Shown here: positions 20,389 through 29,453 of the stretch, one piece after another | Numbering within the stretch: position 1 is the stretch's first letter | How the letters are laid out: each line of letters begins with the position of its first letter | NCBI GenBank assembly: GCA_015233165.1 | Contig: JADFYF010000002.1 | Coordinates: 14,517 to 78,516, forward strand | From: Candidatus Omnitrophota bacterium | GTDB taxonomy: Bacteria > Omnitrophota > Gorgyraeia > Zapsychrales > Fredricksoniimonadaceae | Length of the DNA stretch: 64,000 bases | Direction: 5' to 3' | Translations under genes and position numbers: made by a program | Notes under the pieces: generated by a model | Told to the model about the DNA's origin: nothing | The model's input: the letters and a program-made list of their open reading frames with translations, nothing else | Database searches by the model: none

Positions 20389-21606
20389 TTGGAAAGATCT
20401 AAAGAATCGATAAAGCAATGGCGTTTAATGGCTCTTTTGGTATGTTCAATACTATTTGCTTTAATGCTTGGTGAGATAGTTATCCGATCTATCGGTCATA
20501 GTGACGAAGATGGCAATTTTTATGTTAATACACTGAAGTGTTATCCTTATCATTTACAAGCCAAGATCCAGAGAATAGAGAGCAATAAATACTTTGCTTC
20601 AAAGAACCCTTCTAAGATTTATGACCGCAATTTAGGCTGGGTGCCAAGGCCAGGAAGTAAGAGCCGAGACGGGTTATATTTCTACAATGAAGATGCCATA
20701 CGAACCCCTTCTTTGGACACTATCACTTCGAAGACCCCATCCTTGGGGGTTATTAGGATTTTAATTTTTGGAGATTCCTACACTCACGGAGATGGTGTGC
20801 CATTTCTAAATACATGGGGGCATTACTTGGAAAATGATCTCAAAGAGCACAATATCAATGCAGAGGTTTTGAACTTTGGTGTAGGTGGCTATGGAATGGA
20901 TCAAGCTTTTCTTCGGTGGAAGGCAGAGGGGCGTTCTTATAAGCCATCAATAGTGATATTTGGGATGCAACTAGAAAATATGAATAGAAATGTCAATCTG
21001 ATCAGGCGAATATACGCCCCCGGATCGGGAATCCCGTTTGCTAAGCCCCGTTTTATTTTGAAGAATGGGAATTTGTCACTGATCAACGTGCCGACGCCGG
21101 ATTCTCAAGAAATTGTTGATATTATGAATCATTTTTCTTCATGGAACCTTGCTAAATATGAGGATTGGTATAAACCCGAAGAATACCAGGGAAATATTTT
21201 ATTAAGAAGCAAGCTTATAGCTTTTGTTTATTCGTGGTTCAAGGATAAGAATGAAGGGCATAGAACGTATGACAAAGATTTTGAAAAGCTTAGTTTGAAG
21301 ATTATAACGTCATTTAAAGAGGATGTTGAATCTGCTGGGGTGAAGTTTTATGTTATTTATTTGCCATCAAAGAACGTTATGAATTTAATAAAAACAAAGA
21401 AAATGATTCCGTACAAGAGCTTCTTTGAAAAATTGGAAGGAACTGTTCCGATTATTCATCCAGAGGCGCAGTTTTTAAAGGAAGCCGTGGACATCGAGAA
21501 GTTTATCCCGCTCCATTATAGCCCTCAAGCAAATAAAACGGTTGCCGATGTGGTTGCTGATTTTATATTACAAAGGATGGCGGGTACTGATCGAGAGAAC
21601 AAATAA
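20389..21606 (+). CDS. SGNH/GDSL hydrolase-family protein, N-terminally anchored
   Basis: TM ending LGEIVIR, block I FGDSYTHG, block II NFGVGGYG, C-terminal HYSPQAN. Start uncertain. Confidence 0.8.
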   Translation: MERSKESIKQWRLMALLVCSILFALMLGEIVIRSIGHSDEDGNFYVNTLKCYPYHLQAKIQRIESNKYFASKNPSKIYDRNLGWVPRPGSKSRDGLYFYNEDAIRTPSLDTITSKTPSLGVIRILIFGDSYTHGDGVPFLNTWGHYLENDLKEHNINAEVLNFGVGGYGMDQAFLRWKAEGRSYKPSIVIFGMQLENMNRNVNLIRRIYAPGSGIPFAKPRFILKNGNLSLINVPTPDSQEIVDIMNHFSSWNLAKYEDWYKPEEYQGNILLRSKLIAFVYSWFKDKNEGHRTYDKDFEKLSLKIITSFKEDVESAGVKFYVIYLPSKNVMNLIKTKKMIPYKSFFEKLEGTVPIIHPEAQFLKEAVDIEKFIPLHYSPQANKTVADVVADFILQRMAGTDRENK

Positions 21607-21640
21607 TGGATGATTCATAACGTATAAGCATGGAGGCGGA

Positions 21641-21799
21641 ATGTCTAAAATATCTATTTTGAAGGAATTATGGGATTTTCTCAAGGTACGTAAGCGCTTT
21701 TGGTTGGCCCCCATCCTTGTTATCTTAGTGCTTTTAAGTTTATTAGTTGTTTTTGCTCAAAGTTCTGCAGTAGCACCTTTTATTTACACAATATTCTAA
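21641..21799 (+). CDS. Small membrane protein, DUF5989/SxtK-like (52 aa; absent from the ORF track)
   Basis: Translated by hand: MSKISILKELWDFLKVRKRFWLAPILVILVLLSLLVVFAQSSAVAPFIYTIF; SD GGAGG at 21632-21636. Confidence 0.88.
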   Translation: MSKISILKELWDFLKVRKRFWLAPILVILVLLSLLVVFAQSSAVAPFIYTIF

Positions 21800-21870
21800 A
21801 GATAGAGAAAAATAATCACTAATAATGGTGTGATTTGATATACTACGTTGATTTTTAAGAGGATTGAATT

Positions 21871-22482
21871 ATGGTTACTAAAGAAGAGATTATCGCTTTT
21901 GAACAAGAGATTGCCGGTATTTTTGCGACCGGAGTCATTCGTGCTCCCGTGCATCTGCGTGCCGGCCGTGAAGATCAACTGATTGATATTTTTAAAAAAT
22001 TTCAGATCAATGATGACGATTACGTTTTTGGTTTCTGGGATTCGCATGAGTTAGCCCTTTTAAAAGGTGTTCCCGCCGCCGAATTAAAACAAGCGATTCT
22101 TGAGGGAAGAAGTATTTCGTTGTGTTTTCCTAAGCAGAAGGTTCTTTGTTCCGGGATAGTGGGTTCATTAATGGGAACAGCGACGGGAGTGGCTTGGTCA
22201 TTAAAGCATCAGGGGCAAAAGGGGCGTGCTTTTATTTTTTGCGGAGATATGTCGGCCGAGACGGGCATATTCCATGAGGCTGTCAAGTATGCCTGTAATT
22301 TTGATTTGCCGGCCACCTTTATTGTCTGTGATAATGGAGTCAGCGTTATGACGAATACCCGGGAGACCTGGGGTTCCCCTGATCCCTGGTTTAAGGGAAC
22401 TGCTTATGAGAAGAAAATTATTTATTTTAAATATACGAATGGCTATCCGCATTCCGGATTAGGTAAATTAATTAAATTTTAA
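21871..22482 (+). CDS. Short TPP-dependent enzyme subunit, E1-alpha-like
   Basis: APVHL, TPP motif CGDMSAETG...VCDN; only 203 aa. Confidence 0.75.
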   Translation: MVTKEEIIAFEQEIAGIFATGVIRAPVHLRAGREDQLIDIFKKFQINDDDYVFGFWDSHELALLKGVPAAELKQAILEGRSISLCFPKQKVLCSGIVGSLMGTATGVAWSLKHQGQKGRAFIFCGDMSAETGIFHEAVKYACNFDLPATFIVCDNGVSVMTNTRETWGSPDPWFKGTAYEKKIIYFKYTNGYPHSGLGKLIKF

Positions 22483-22487
22483 TTAGA

Positions 22488-22515
22488 TAGGGAACGGTTT
22501 TAAACCGTTCCCTAC
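22488..22515. repeat. GTAG-type REP-like palindrome
   Basis: TAGGGAACGGTTTTAAACCGTTCCCTAC; same architecture as the copies at 28192, 36516 and 37147. Confidence 0.75.
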
Positions 22516-22524
22516 AAAAAGAAT

Positions 22525-23124
22525 ATGACAATGACAAGCCCCCAATTGAAATACTTTGATGAACTCAAACGCACCATGGAATGGCTGGCAACCCAGCCTA
22601 AGGTGATGTTCTTAGGGCAAACAGTGGCAGGTCCGGGGACCTTTATGTTTCAAACGTTAAGAGATTGTCCTAAGGATCGCACTCTTGAGCTTCCGATCAA
22701 TGAAAGCTTTCAAATGCAGTTTACGATTGGGATGGCGCTAACAGGGACTATTCCTGTTTCTGTTTATCCTCGTCAGAATTTTCTGTTATTGGCCACCGCC
22801 GATATGGCTAATATGCTAGATAAATTACCGGCGATTAGCGAGGGGAAGTGGCCTGTTAAAGTGATTATCCGGGTGGCCACTGGTCCTGATGCGCCTGTTC
22901 ATCCGGGACATCAGCATATTGGTAATTATGCCGACGTTTTTCGTAAGTTATTTGAGACGATTGAAGTTGTTGAGCTAAATAACGCGGAAGATATTTTTCC
23001 TGCGTATAAGAATGCTCTTGAACGGACAGACGGAAAATCGACCATGATTATTGAGCATGGTAATTTTTATAATGAAGAATATTATGCCAAGCGCATGATT
23101 TCAAGTCAGACCAAACATTCCTAA
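22525..23124 (+). CDS. Short TPP-dependent enzyme subunit, E1-beta/transketolase pyrimidine-binding domain only
   Basis: FLGQTV, ELPINESFQMQFTIGMAL, GHQH; ends at 199 aa with no C-terminal domain. Confidence 0.75.
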   Translation: MTMTSPQLKYFDELKRTMEWLATQPKVMFLGQTVAGPGTFMFQTLRDCPKDRTLELPINESFQMQFTIGMALTGTIPVSVYPRQNFLLLATADMANMLDKLPAISEGKWPVKVIIRVATGPDAPVHPGHQHIGNYADVFRKLFETIEVVELNNAEDIFPAYKNALERTDGKSTMIIEHGNFYNEEYYAKRMISSQTKHS

Positions 23125-23130
23125 TCATAC

Positions 23131-24060
23131 ATGCACCGCGACAGCCGTATTTTAATTATTGGACATCAAGACAGCCTGGAGAATTCTTTTTGGAATTATT
23201 TCTCTGCACAGAAATTCAGTCAGGTCTATACCAACAGCAGAAGTCGTTTAGATGTTCTTTCCCAATCCAAGGTTGAGAAATTCTTTAAAAAGATACAACC
23301 GGAATATGTTTTCTTAGGTTCGGTTCGCTCCGGCGGGATTGCGGTGAATCAGAAATTTCCGGCCGAATTCATTTATGAAAATCTTCAGGCCCAAAATAAT
23401 ATTCTTCAGAGTGCTTATAAGAATGGTGTTAAGAAGTTGGTTTATTTGGGCGCTTCCTGTGTGTATCCAAAGGCAGCCAAACAACCTATTCCAGAAGAGT
23501 CCCTAATGACAGGCGTGATGGAACAGACGAGTGAGCCTTATTCACTGGCAAAGTTGGCAGGAATTAAACTCTGTCAGACGTACCGCGCGCAGTATGGTTT
23601 TGATGCGATCAGCATTATTCCAGCAACGTTGTATGGGCCGGGCAGTGATACAAATATTGAAACTGCTCATGTGATGGGAGCTTTGATGGCTAAGTTTCAT
23701 CAGGCCGTGAAGGACAATAATTCTGAGGTCACTGTTTGGGGAACAGGAAAACCTCGTCGGGAGTTTCTGTATGTTGATGACTTTGTGGCTGGTGTTTTGT
23801 TTTTGATGAAGAAGCATCATTCGGGAGAGCTGATCAATCTGGGCGTAGGGACTGATATCACCATCAAGGAATTAGCTGTCGCTGTGGCTAAGGTGAGTGG
23901 ATTTAAAGGAAAAATAGCTTTTGATACGACTAAGCCCGATGGTTCCATGCGTAAATTATTGGATAGCTCCAAGGTGATGAAGTTAGGGTGGAAGCCTAAG
24001 GTTAATTTAGAAACAGGTATTCGTTTAACGTATGAATCTTATCGAAAGGAAGTTCAATGA
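23131..24060 (+). CDS. GDP-L-fucose synthase (Fcl/WcaG/ColC)-like epimerase/reductase
   Basis: GGIAVNQKFPAEFIYENL, LGASCVYP, PYSLAK, LYGP, WGTGKPRREFLYVDD, KPDG. N-terminal glycine loop is degenerate. Confidence 0.85.
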   Translation: MHRDSRILIIGHQDSLENSFWNYFSAQKFSQVYTNSRSRLDVLSQSKVEKFFKKIQPEYVFLGSVRSGGIAVNQKFPAEFIYENLQAQNNILQSAYKNGVKKLVYLGASCVYPKAAKQPIPEESLMTGVMEQTSEPYSLAKLAGIKLCQTYRAQYGFDAISIIPATLYGPGSDTNIETAHVMGALMAKFHQAVKDNNSEVTVWGTGKPRREFLYVDDFVAGVLFLMKKHHSGELINLGVGTDITIKELAVAVAKVSGFKGKIAFDTTKPDGSMRKLLDSSKVMKLGWKPKVNLETGIRLTYESYRKEVQ

Positions 24061-24989
24061 AAGTCTTAGTTACAGGTGCAGCAGGGTATATTGGTTCAGT
24101 CTTGGTTCCTCGATTATTACAAGAAGGTTATGAAGTCGTTGCCTTAGATAATTTTATGTACAATCAAAGTTCTTTGTTGGACGTCTGTCATCATGACAAG
24201 TTAACGATTGTCCGAGGAGACACCCGTGATAAGAGTTTAATGACCAGGCTGATGAAGGATGCAGATGCGATTTTCCCTCTGGCTTGTTTAACAGGAGCTC
24301 CATTATGTGCGAAAGATCCTGTCGGTGCTCAGACGATTTTGTTAGATGCTATTCAGATGATCTTGCAGATGAAAAGTAAGGATCAGAGGGTTATTTTCCC
24401 GACGACAAACAGTGGTTATGGGGTCGGAGAAAAGGGTAAGCATTGCACAGAAGAAACGCCTCTTCGTCCCATTTCTCTTTATGGAAAACTTAAGGTGGAT
24501 GCTGAGAATGCTATTCTAGAGGCCGGCGGCGGTATTACGTTACGGTTGGCCACAGCCTTTGGTGTTTCTCCTCGGATGCGCCTGGATTTATTGGTGAATG
24601 ACTTTACGTATCGTGCTGTGTATGACAAGTTTGTCATTCTTTTTGAGGCTCATTTTAACCGCAATTACATCCATGTCCGTGATATTTCCAAGGCCTTTAT
24701 TCATGGGCTTAACAATTTTGACAAGATGAAGAATCAACCTTATAATGTCGGCTTGTCTGACGCTAATTTAACAAAGTTGCAACTCTGTCAGGAGATCAAA
24801 AAGTATGTTCCTGACTTTTATTTTGTGGAAGCGACCATCGGTGAAGATCCTGATAAGCGTGATTATATTGTCAGCAATGAGAAGATTGAGAAAACAGGAT
24901 TTAAACCAGATGTTAGCCTTTCTAAGGGTATTGGAGAATTAATCAAGGGTTATCAAATTATCAAACGGAACCAATATGCCAACATCTAA
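24057..24989 (+). CDS. NAD-dependent epimerase/dehydratase (extended SDR)
   Basis: TGAAGYIGS, YGKLK, RLATAFGVSPRMRLDLLVN. Confidence 0.88.
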   Translation: MKVLVTGAAGYIGSVLVPRLLQEGYEVVALDNFMYNQSSLLDVCHHDKLTIVRGDTRDKSLMTRLMKDADAIFPLACLTGAPLCAKDPVGAQTILLDAIQMILQMKSKDQRVIFPTTNSGYGVGEKGKHCTEETPLRPISLYGKLKVDAENAILEAGGGITLRLATAFGVSPRMRLDLLVNDFTYRAVYDKFVILFEAHFNRNYIHVRDISKAFIHGLNNFDKMKNQPYNVGLSDANLTKLQLCQEIKKYVPDFYFVEATIGEDPDKRDYIVSNEKIEKTGFKPDVSLSKGIGELIKGYQIIKRNQYANI

Positions 24990-26499
24990 TATTGACGTTT
25001 TATTTGTCCATGCCAACGCGGCTAAGAAGATTTATCAGGATTTAGCCAAGGATTATTCCGCTATCGAACCCCCTATCTGGGCGGGGATGTTGGCGAGTCA
25101 TTGCCGGATTAAAGGGTTCTCTGTTGATATTCTAGATTGTGAAGCCCTGCATTTAACCGACGAGCAGTCGGTGGCTAAAATCGAAAGTATTAATCCTCGT
25201 TTAGTGTGTTTTGTCGTCTATGGTCAGCAGCCCTCCGCTAGTTCTCAGAATATGATAGGAGCTGTGGGGCTGGTGGATGAGCTTAAAAAACACAAGACCG
25301 AAATCAAGACGCTCTTTGTCGGTGGACACATTGCCGCCTTATCCAGAGAAGTGATGGAGAATCATCCGAGTATTGATTTTGTATGTCAGAACGAGGGTGT
25401 TTATACCATTTCTAATTTATTAAAAACAAACTTGAAAGATCAGTTGGATAAGGTTTTAGGATTAGGTTATAGAAAGGATGGAGGGATTGTTCTAAATCCA
25501 CCTTCTCCCATTGTCGCTAAAGCCGACTTATCGACGGAAATGCCGGGCATTGCCTGGGATCTTTTACCGATTAAGAATTATCGTACGGCCCTTTGGCATT
25601 CCTATCCTAATAATTCGAATCGTCAGCCTTTTGCCGCTTTGTATACCAGCCTCGGTTGTCCGATGAAATGTTCCTTTTGTATGATTAATATTATTAATCG
25701 TCAGGATAATGAATTCTCTGATGGTTCGGCGATCTTTCGTTATTGGGATCCGGAGCATATCATTAAAGAATTTGATTTTCTGGCCTCTCAGGGCGTGACG
25801 AACATTAAGATTGCCGACGAACTTTTTGTTCTCAATGCGAATCACTTTGTGAGACTTTGCGAATTGATTATTGAGCGAGGTTACAAGTTTAATATCTGGT
25901 GTTACTCCAGAGTAGATACGGTCAGGGATCAATACCTGTCCACTTTAAAGAAGGCCGGGGTCAATTGGTTGGCGTTGGGGATTGAAAGCGGCAATACTCG
26001 TGTGCGCAAGGATGTGACTAAGGGCCGGTTTGATGATGTGGATATTCGAAGCGTCGTCGGTAAGATCCGTGATCATGGCATTAATGTGATTGGGAACTAT
26101 ATTTTTGGTCTGCCGGAAGATGATTTAGAAAGCATGCAGATGACCTTAGATCTGGCAATTGAAATGAATACGGAAGAAGCAAATTTCTATTCCGCGATGG
26201 CCTATCCTGGAAGTCCTTTATATGGAACAGCCAGAAAAGAAGGTTGGAAATTACCGTCGAGCTATGTGGGCTATTCTCAGCACTCATATTATGCACAGCC
26301 TCTGCCAACAAAATATTTAAGAGCTGAAGAGGTGTTGGCTTTTCGTGATGAGGCGTGGATGAAGTATCATACGAATCCTAAGTTCTTAAGTTTATTGAAA
26401 ACCAAGTTTGGTCAGGTAGCCTCTGATGAGACGCTTAAGTCGACCCAGATTAAACTCAAACGCAAGATCTTAGAAGATCAGGGACTATTGTCCGTATGA
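24976..26499 (+). CDS. Cobalamin-dependent radical SAM enzyme (class B methyltransferase-like)
   Basis: N-terminal B12-binding-like domain (EPPIW...VGGH...EG), CxxxCxxC in GCPMKCSFC, GIESGN, YIFGLPED. Confidence 0.88.
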   Translation: MPTSNIDVLFVHANAAKKIYQDLAKDYSAIEPPIWAGMLASHCRIKGFSVDILDCEALHLTDEQSVAKIESINPRLVCFVVYGQQPSASSQNMIGAVGLVDELKKHKTEIKTLFVGGHIAALSREVMENHPSIDFVCQNEGVYTISNLLKTNLKDQLDKVLGLGYRKDGGIVLNPPSPIVAKADLSTEMPGIAWDLLPIKNYRTALWHSYPNNSNRQPFAALYTSLGCPMKCSFCMINIINRQDNEFSDGSAIFRYWDPEHIIKEFDFLASQGVTNIKIADELFVLNANHFVRLCELIIERGYKFNIWCYSRVDTVRDQYLSTLKKAGVNWLALGIESGNTRVRKDVTKGRFDDVDIRSVVGKIRDHGINVIGNYIFGLPEDDLESMQMTLDLAIEMNTEEANFYSAMAYPGSPLYGTARKEGWKLPSSYVGYSQHSYYAQPLPTKYLRAEEVLAFRDEAWMKYHTNPKFLSLLKTKFGQVASDETLKSTQIKLKRKILEDQGLLSV

Positions 26500-27494
26500 T
26501 AATTTCTCGCACTCCTTTTCGAATGTCCTTCTTCGGTGGCGGAACAGATTATAATGGCTGGTTTGATGATCATAAGGGCGCCGTCTTAGCGACAACCATT
26601 GATAAGTATTGTTATATTACCTGTCGGTATTTGCCTCCGTTTTTTGAGCATAAGTCCCGCATTATTTATTCAGTGACAGAACATGTGAAGTCGATTGATG
26701 AGATTGATCATCCTTCTGTCCGGGAAGTTCTGCGTTTTCTAAATATTCATGAAGGCATTGAAATTCATCACGACGGTGATTTGCCGGCTCGTACCGGTCT
26801 TGGTTCGAGTTCCGCCTTTACGGTGGGGCTTTTGAATTCTTTGTATGCGCTCAAAGGTCAGATGGTCACTAAGGAACGTTTGGCGAAGGAAGCCATTTAT
26901 GTCGAACAGGAAATGATCAAGGAAAATGTCGGATGTCAGGATCAGACCCTGGCGGCCTATGGGGGCTTAAACTATATTGAATTTGGCGGCTTTAATCATT
27001 TAAGAGTTCAGCCGTTGACCATTCCTGTGGCGAAACTGAATGTTTTGCAGGATCATCTGATGCTGTTCTTTACAGGATTTTCTCGCACAGCGTCTCAAAT
27101 TGCTAAACATCAAATTCAGAATATTCCCAACAAGAAGGTTGAGTTGCTACGGATGTATGAGATGGTTCAGGAAGCGGTGAATATATTAAATGGCAATGAC
27201 CTTCTGGCGTTTGGACGGCTTTTGGATGAAAGCTGGAAATTAAAACGTTCTCTTTCCGATAAAGTTTCAACACATCATATTGATGATTTTTACGATTCTG
27301 CTCGTCGCGCAGGAGCTGTCGGAGGAAAATTGCTTGGAGCAGGCGGAGGGGGATTTGTTTTGCTTTTTGTTGAACCTTCCCAGAAAAAGAATGTCAGAGA
27401 AGCGCTGAAGAACCTTTTAGAAATACCTTTCAAATTCGAGAATCTAGGCAGTCAAATTATTTTCTACCAGCCTGATACAGGCATTATCAAATAA
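26496..27494 (+). CDS. hddA: GHMP kinase, D-glycero-D-manno-heptose 7-phosphate kinase-like
   Basis: SRTPFRMSFFGGGTD, DLPARTGLGSSS, GCQDQ, GGKLLGAGGGGF. Confidence 0.85.
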   Translation: MIISRTPFRMSFFGGGTDYNGWFDDHKGAVLATTIDKYCYITCRYLPPFFEHKSRIIYSVTEHVKSIDEIDHPSVREVLRFLNIHEGIEIHHDGDLPARTGLGSSSAFTVGLLNSLYALKGQMVTKERLAKEAIYVEQEMIKENVGCQDQTLAAYGGLNYIEFGGFNHLRVQPLTIPVAKLNVLQDHLMLFFTGFSRTASQIAKHQIQNIPNKKVELLRMYEMVQEAVNILNGNDLLAFGRLLDESWKLKRSLSDKVSTHHIDDFYDSARRAGAVGGKLLGAGGGGFVLLFVEPSQKKNVREALKNLLEIPFKFENLGSQIIFYQPDTGIIK

Positions 27495-27496
27495 AT

Positions 27497-28195
27497 ATGT
27501 TCCCAGATGTAGTTATTCTAGCCGGTGGCTTAGGTAAACGCTTAAAGAGTGTTACCGGTGGCGCCCAAAAAGTTCTCGCTTCGATTAACGGTAAACCGTT
27601 TATTAGCGTCCTTATTGAGTACATTGCGGCTCAAGGGGGACGGCGTTTTATTTTGTGTACCGGCCATGATGCGGATAGTGTGGAGGCCACGCTTAAAGAT
27701 GCTCATCCATCCTTAACCTTGCTATTTTCCAGAGAAGAAGAACCTTTGGGAACAGGAGGAGCGATCAAGCAGGGTTCAGCCTTGGTTCAGACCGATGAGT
27801 TCTTGGCGATGAACGGGGACTGTTTTTGCGTCGTGGATTACAATCACATGATTGCGTCGCATCGTCAACGCAAAGCTCAGGCCACCATTGCTGTGACGAA
27901 AATGGATGATGCCAGGGATTACGGGACCATTGAAATTGCTTCGGATCATAGTATTTTGGCTTTTAAAGAGAAACAACCTGTTCTTCAGTCGGCATTTATT
28001 AATACGGGAACGTATTGTTTGGATCATCGGGTGTTTTCGCTGGTGAATACTCCGGCGAAGTTCTCCATTGAATATGATTTTTTCCCTCACCTGGTTCATC
28101 GAGGCTTTAGTGCTTTTGAAGTGGAAAATAAGTTTATCGATATAGGAACTCCCGAGCGATATGCTTGGGCGCAGGAACATTTGAAGAATATGTAG
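27497..28195 (+). CDS. hddC: Sugar-1-phosphate nucleotidyltransferase (heptose-1-P guanylyltransferase-like)
   Basis: ILAGGLGKRL, EEPLGTGGAI, MNGD, FIDIGTPE; adjacent to hddA. Confidence 0.75.
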   Translation: MFPDVVILAGGLGKRLKSVTGGAQKVLASINGKPFISVLIEYIAAQGGRRFILCTGHDADSVEATLKDAHPSLTLLFSREEEPLGTGGAIKQGSALVQTDEFLAMNGDCFCVVDYNHMIASHRQRKAQATIAVTKMDDARDYGTIEIASDHSILAFKEKQPVLQSAFINTGTYCLDHRVFSLVNTPAKFSIEYDFFPHLVHRGFSAFEVENKFIDIGTPERYAWAQEHLKNM

Positions 28196-28248
28196 GGGCG
28201 GGTTCCAAACCCGCCCAGTAAACGGGCAGGTTTAGAACCTGCCCCTAC
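28192..28248. repeat. REPIN-like doublet of GTAG-type REPs
   Basis: GTAGGGGCGGGTTCCAAACCCGCCC-AGTAAA-CGGGCAGGTTTAGAACCTGCCCCTAC; its TAG (28193-28195) is the stop of the upstream gene. Confidence 0.85.
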
Positions 28249-28262
28249 GAGAGGGGTCATTC

Positions 28263-29453
28263 ATGTCATTATCAGATTTTAACAAAGCCACCGCCATCTC
28301 CGACGGACAGGAAGCCAAGAAGGCTGGTTATAAAGTTCCCTTTGGGACCGTATCCATTACAGACAAAGCCAGAGCTCTGATTGATACTGCCTTGACGACG
28401 AAATGGGTGACCAAGGGCGCCTATGTCGCCGAGTTTGAATCTAAATTTGCAGCTCTCTTTGGTGTGAAATATGGGATTGCTGTCTCTAGCGGTACCGATG
28501 CGGATGCGATTGCCTGCGCTGTTCTTTATGATTTTGGCGCTAAGCGTGGTGATGAGGTGATTATTCCGGCATTAACCTTTGTAGCGACGGGAAATGCTGT
28601 TTTACAGGCGGGTTTAAAACCTGTCTTTGTAGATGTCAGTCGTGAAACCTTGAATATTGATCCGGATAAGATTGAAGCGGTCATTACGCCGCGCACCCGC
28701 GCCATCATGCCTGTTCATTTGATGGGAAAGCCTGCCGAGATGGATAAGATTATGGCGATCGCCAAGAAACATAGGTTACACGTCATTGAAGATGCCGCTG
28801 AAGCGCATGGGGCAGAATACAAGGGACAGAAGATTGGTTCCATCGGCGATATGGCTTGTTTTTCTTTATATGCGGCGCACATTGTCACGACGATTGAAGG
28901 GGGAATGATTATTACGAATAATGAGCAGATGGCAGAAGCGGCCCGTTCGTTGCGTAATCATGGGATCGACGGTAAGTTTAGGTTTAAGCGTATTGGGTTC
29001 TCTGCCAAGATGAATGAGATTGAAGCTGCCGTGGGATTAGGGAACTTGGAAATCTTTCATGATATTTTAGAGAAGCGTCGTCGTAATGTCCGTTATCTGA
29101 TCAAGCAGTTTGCCCGATTTGAGAAGTATTTCTGGTATCTGAACGAGGATGGTCATGAAGTCTTAGGCCCTCATGCCTTCTCGATGATTCTTAAGCCTGG
29201 TTTAAATTTTACCAAGGATGAGTTTGTGAGTTACCTGGAAAAAGAAGGAGTGGATTCTCGCAACTTGTTTTATTCCATCCCCACCCAGACACCCAGCTAT
29301 GAATTTATGGGGTACAAGTTAGGCGACTTTCCGGAAACGGAATATTGCTCCGATAACGGAACGCATATCGGCTGTCATCAGGATATTGAGATTGCTCAAT
29401 GCGATTATGCCGTCGATGTGGTTGCTAATTTCTTAAAGAGCAAAGGATATTAA
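28263..29453 (+). CDS. DegT/DnrJ-fold PLP enzyme with His in place of the Schiff-base Lys (ColD/RfbH-type 3-dehydratase-like)
   Basis: SSGT, IEDAAEAHG, FSLYAAHIVTTIEGG. Confidence 0.8.
   Translation: MSLSDFNKATAISDGQEAKKAGYKVPFGTVSITDKARALIDTALTTKWVTKGAYVAEFESKFAALFGVKYGIAVSSGTDADAIACAVLYDFGAKRGDEVIIPALTFVATGNAVLQAGLKPVFVDVSRETLNIDPDKIEAVITPRTRAIMPVHLMGKPAEMDKIMAIAKKHRLHVIEDAAEAHGAEYKGQKIGSIGDMACFSLYAAHIVTTIEGGMIITNNEQMAEAARSLRNHGIDGKFRFKRIGFSAKMNEIEAAVGLGNLEIFHDILEKRRRNVRYLIKQFARFEKYFWYLNEDGHEVLGPHAFSMILKPGLNFTKDEFVSYLEKEGVDSRNLFYSIPTQTPSYEFMGYKLGDFPETEYCSDNGTHIGCHQDIEIAQCDYAVDVVANFLKSKGY

Noticed and set aside
18119-21799. Saxitoxin biosynthesis cluster
   Set aside because: No sxtA, sxtG, sxtB or other core genes; the context is surface polysaccharide.
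21871-23124. Pyruvate dehydrogenase complex
   Set aside because: Subunits are too short, E2/E3 are absent, and neighbours are nucleotide-sugar genes.
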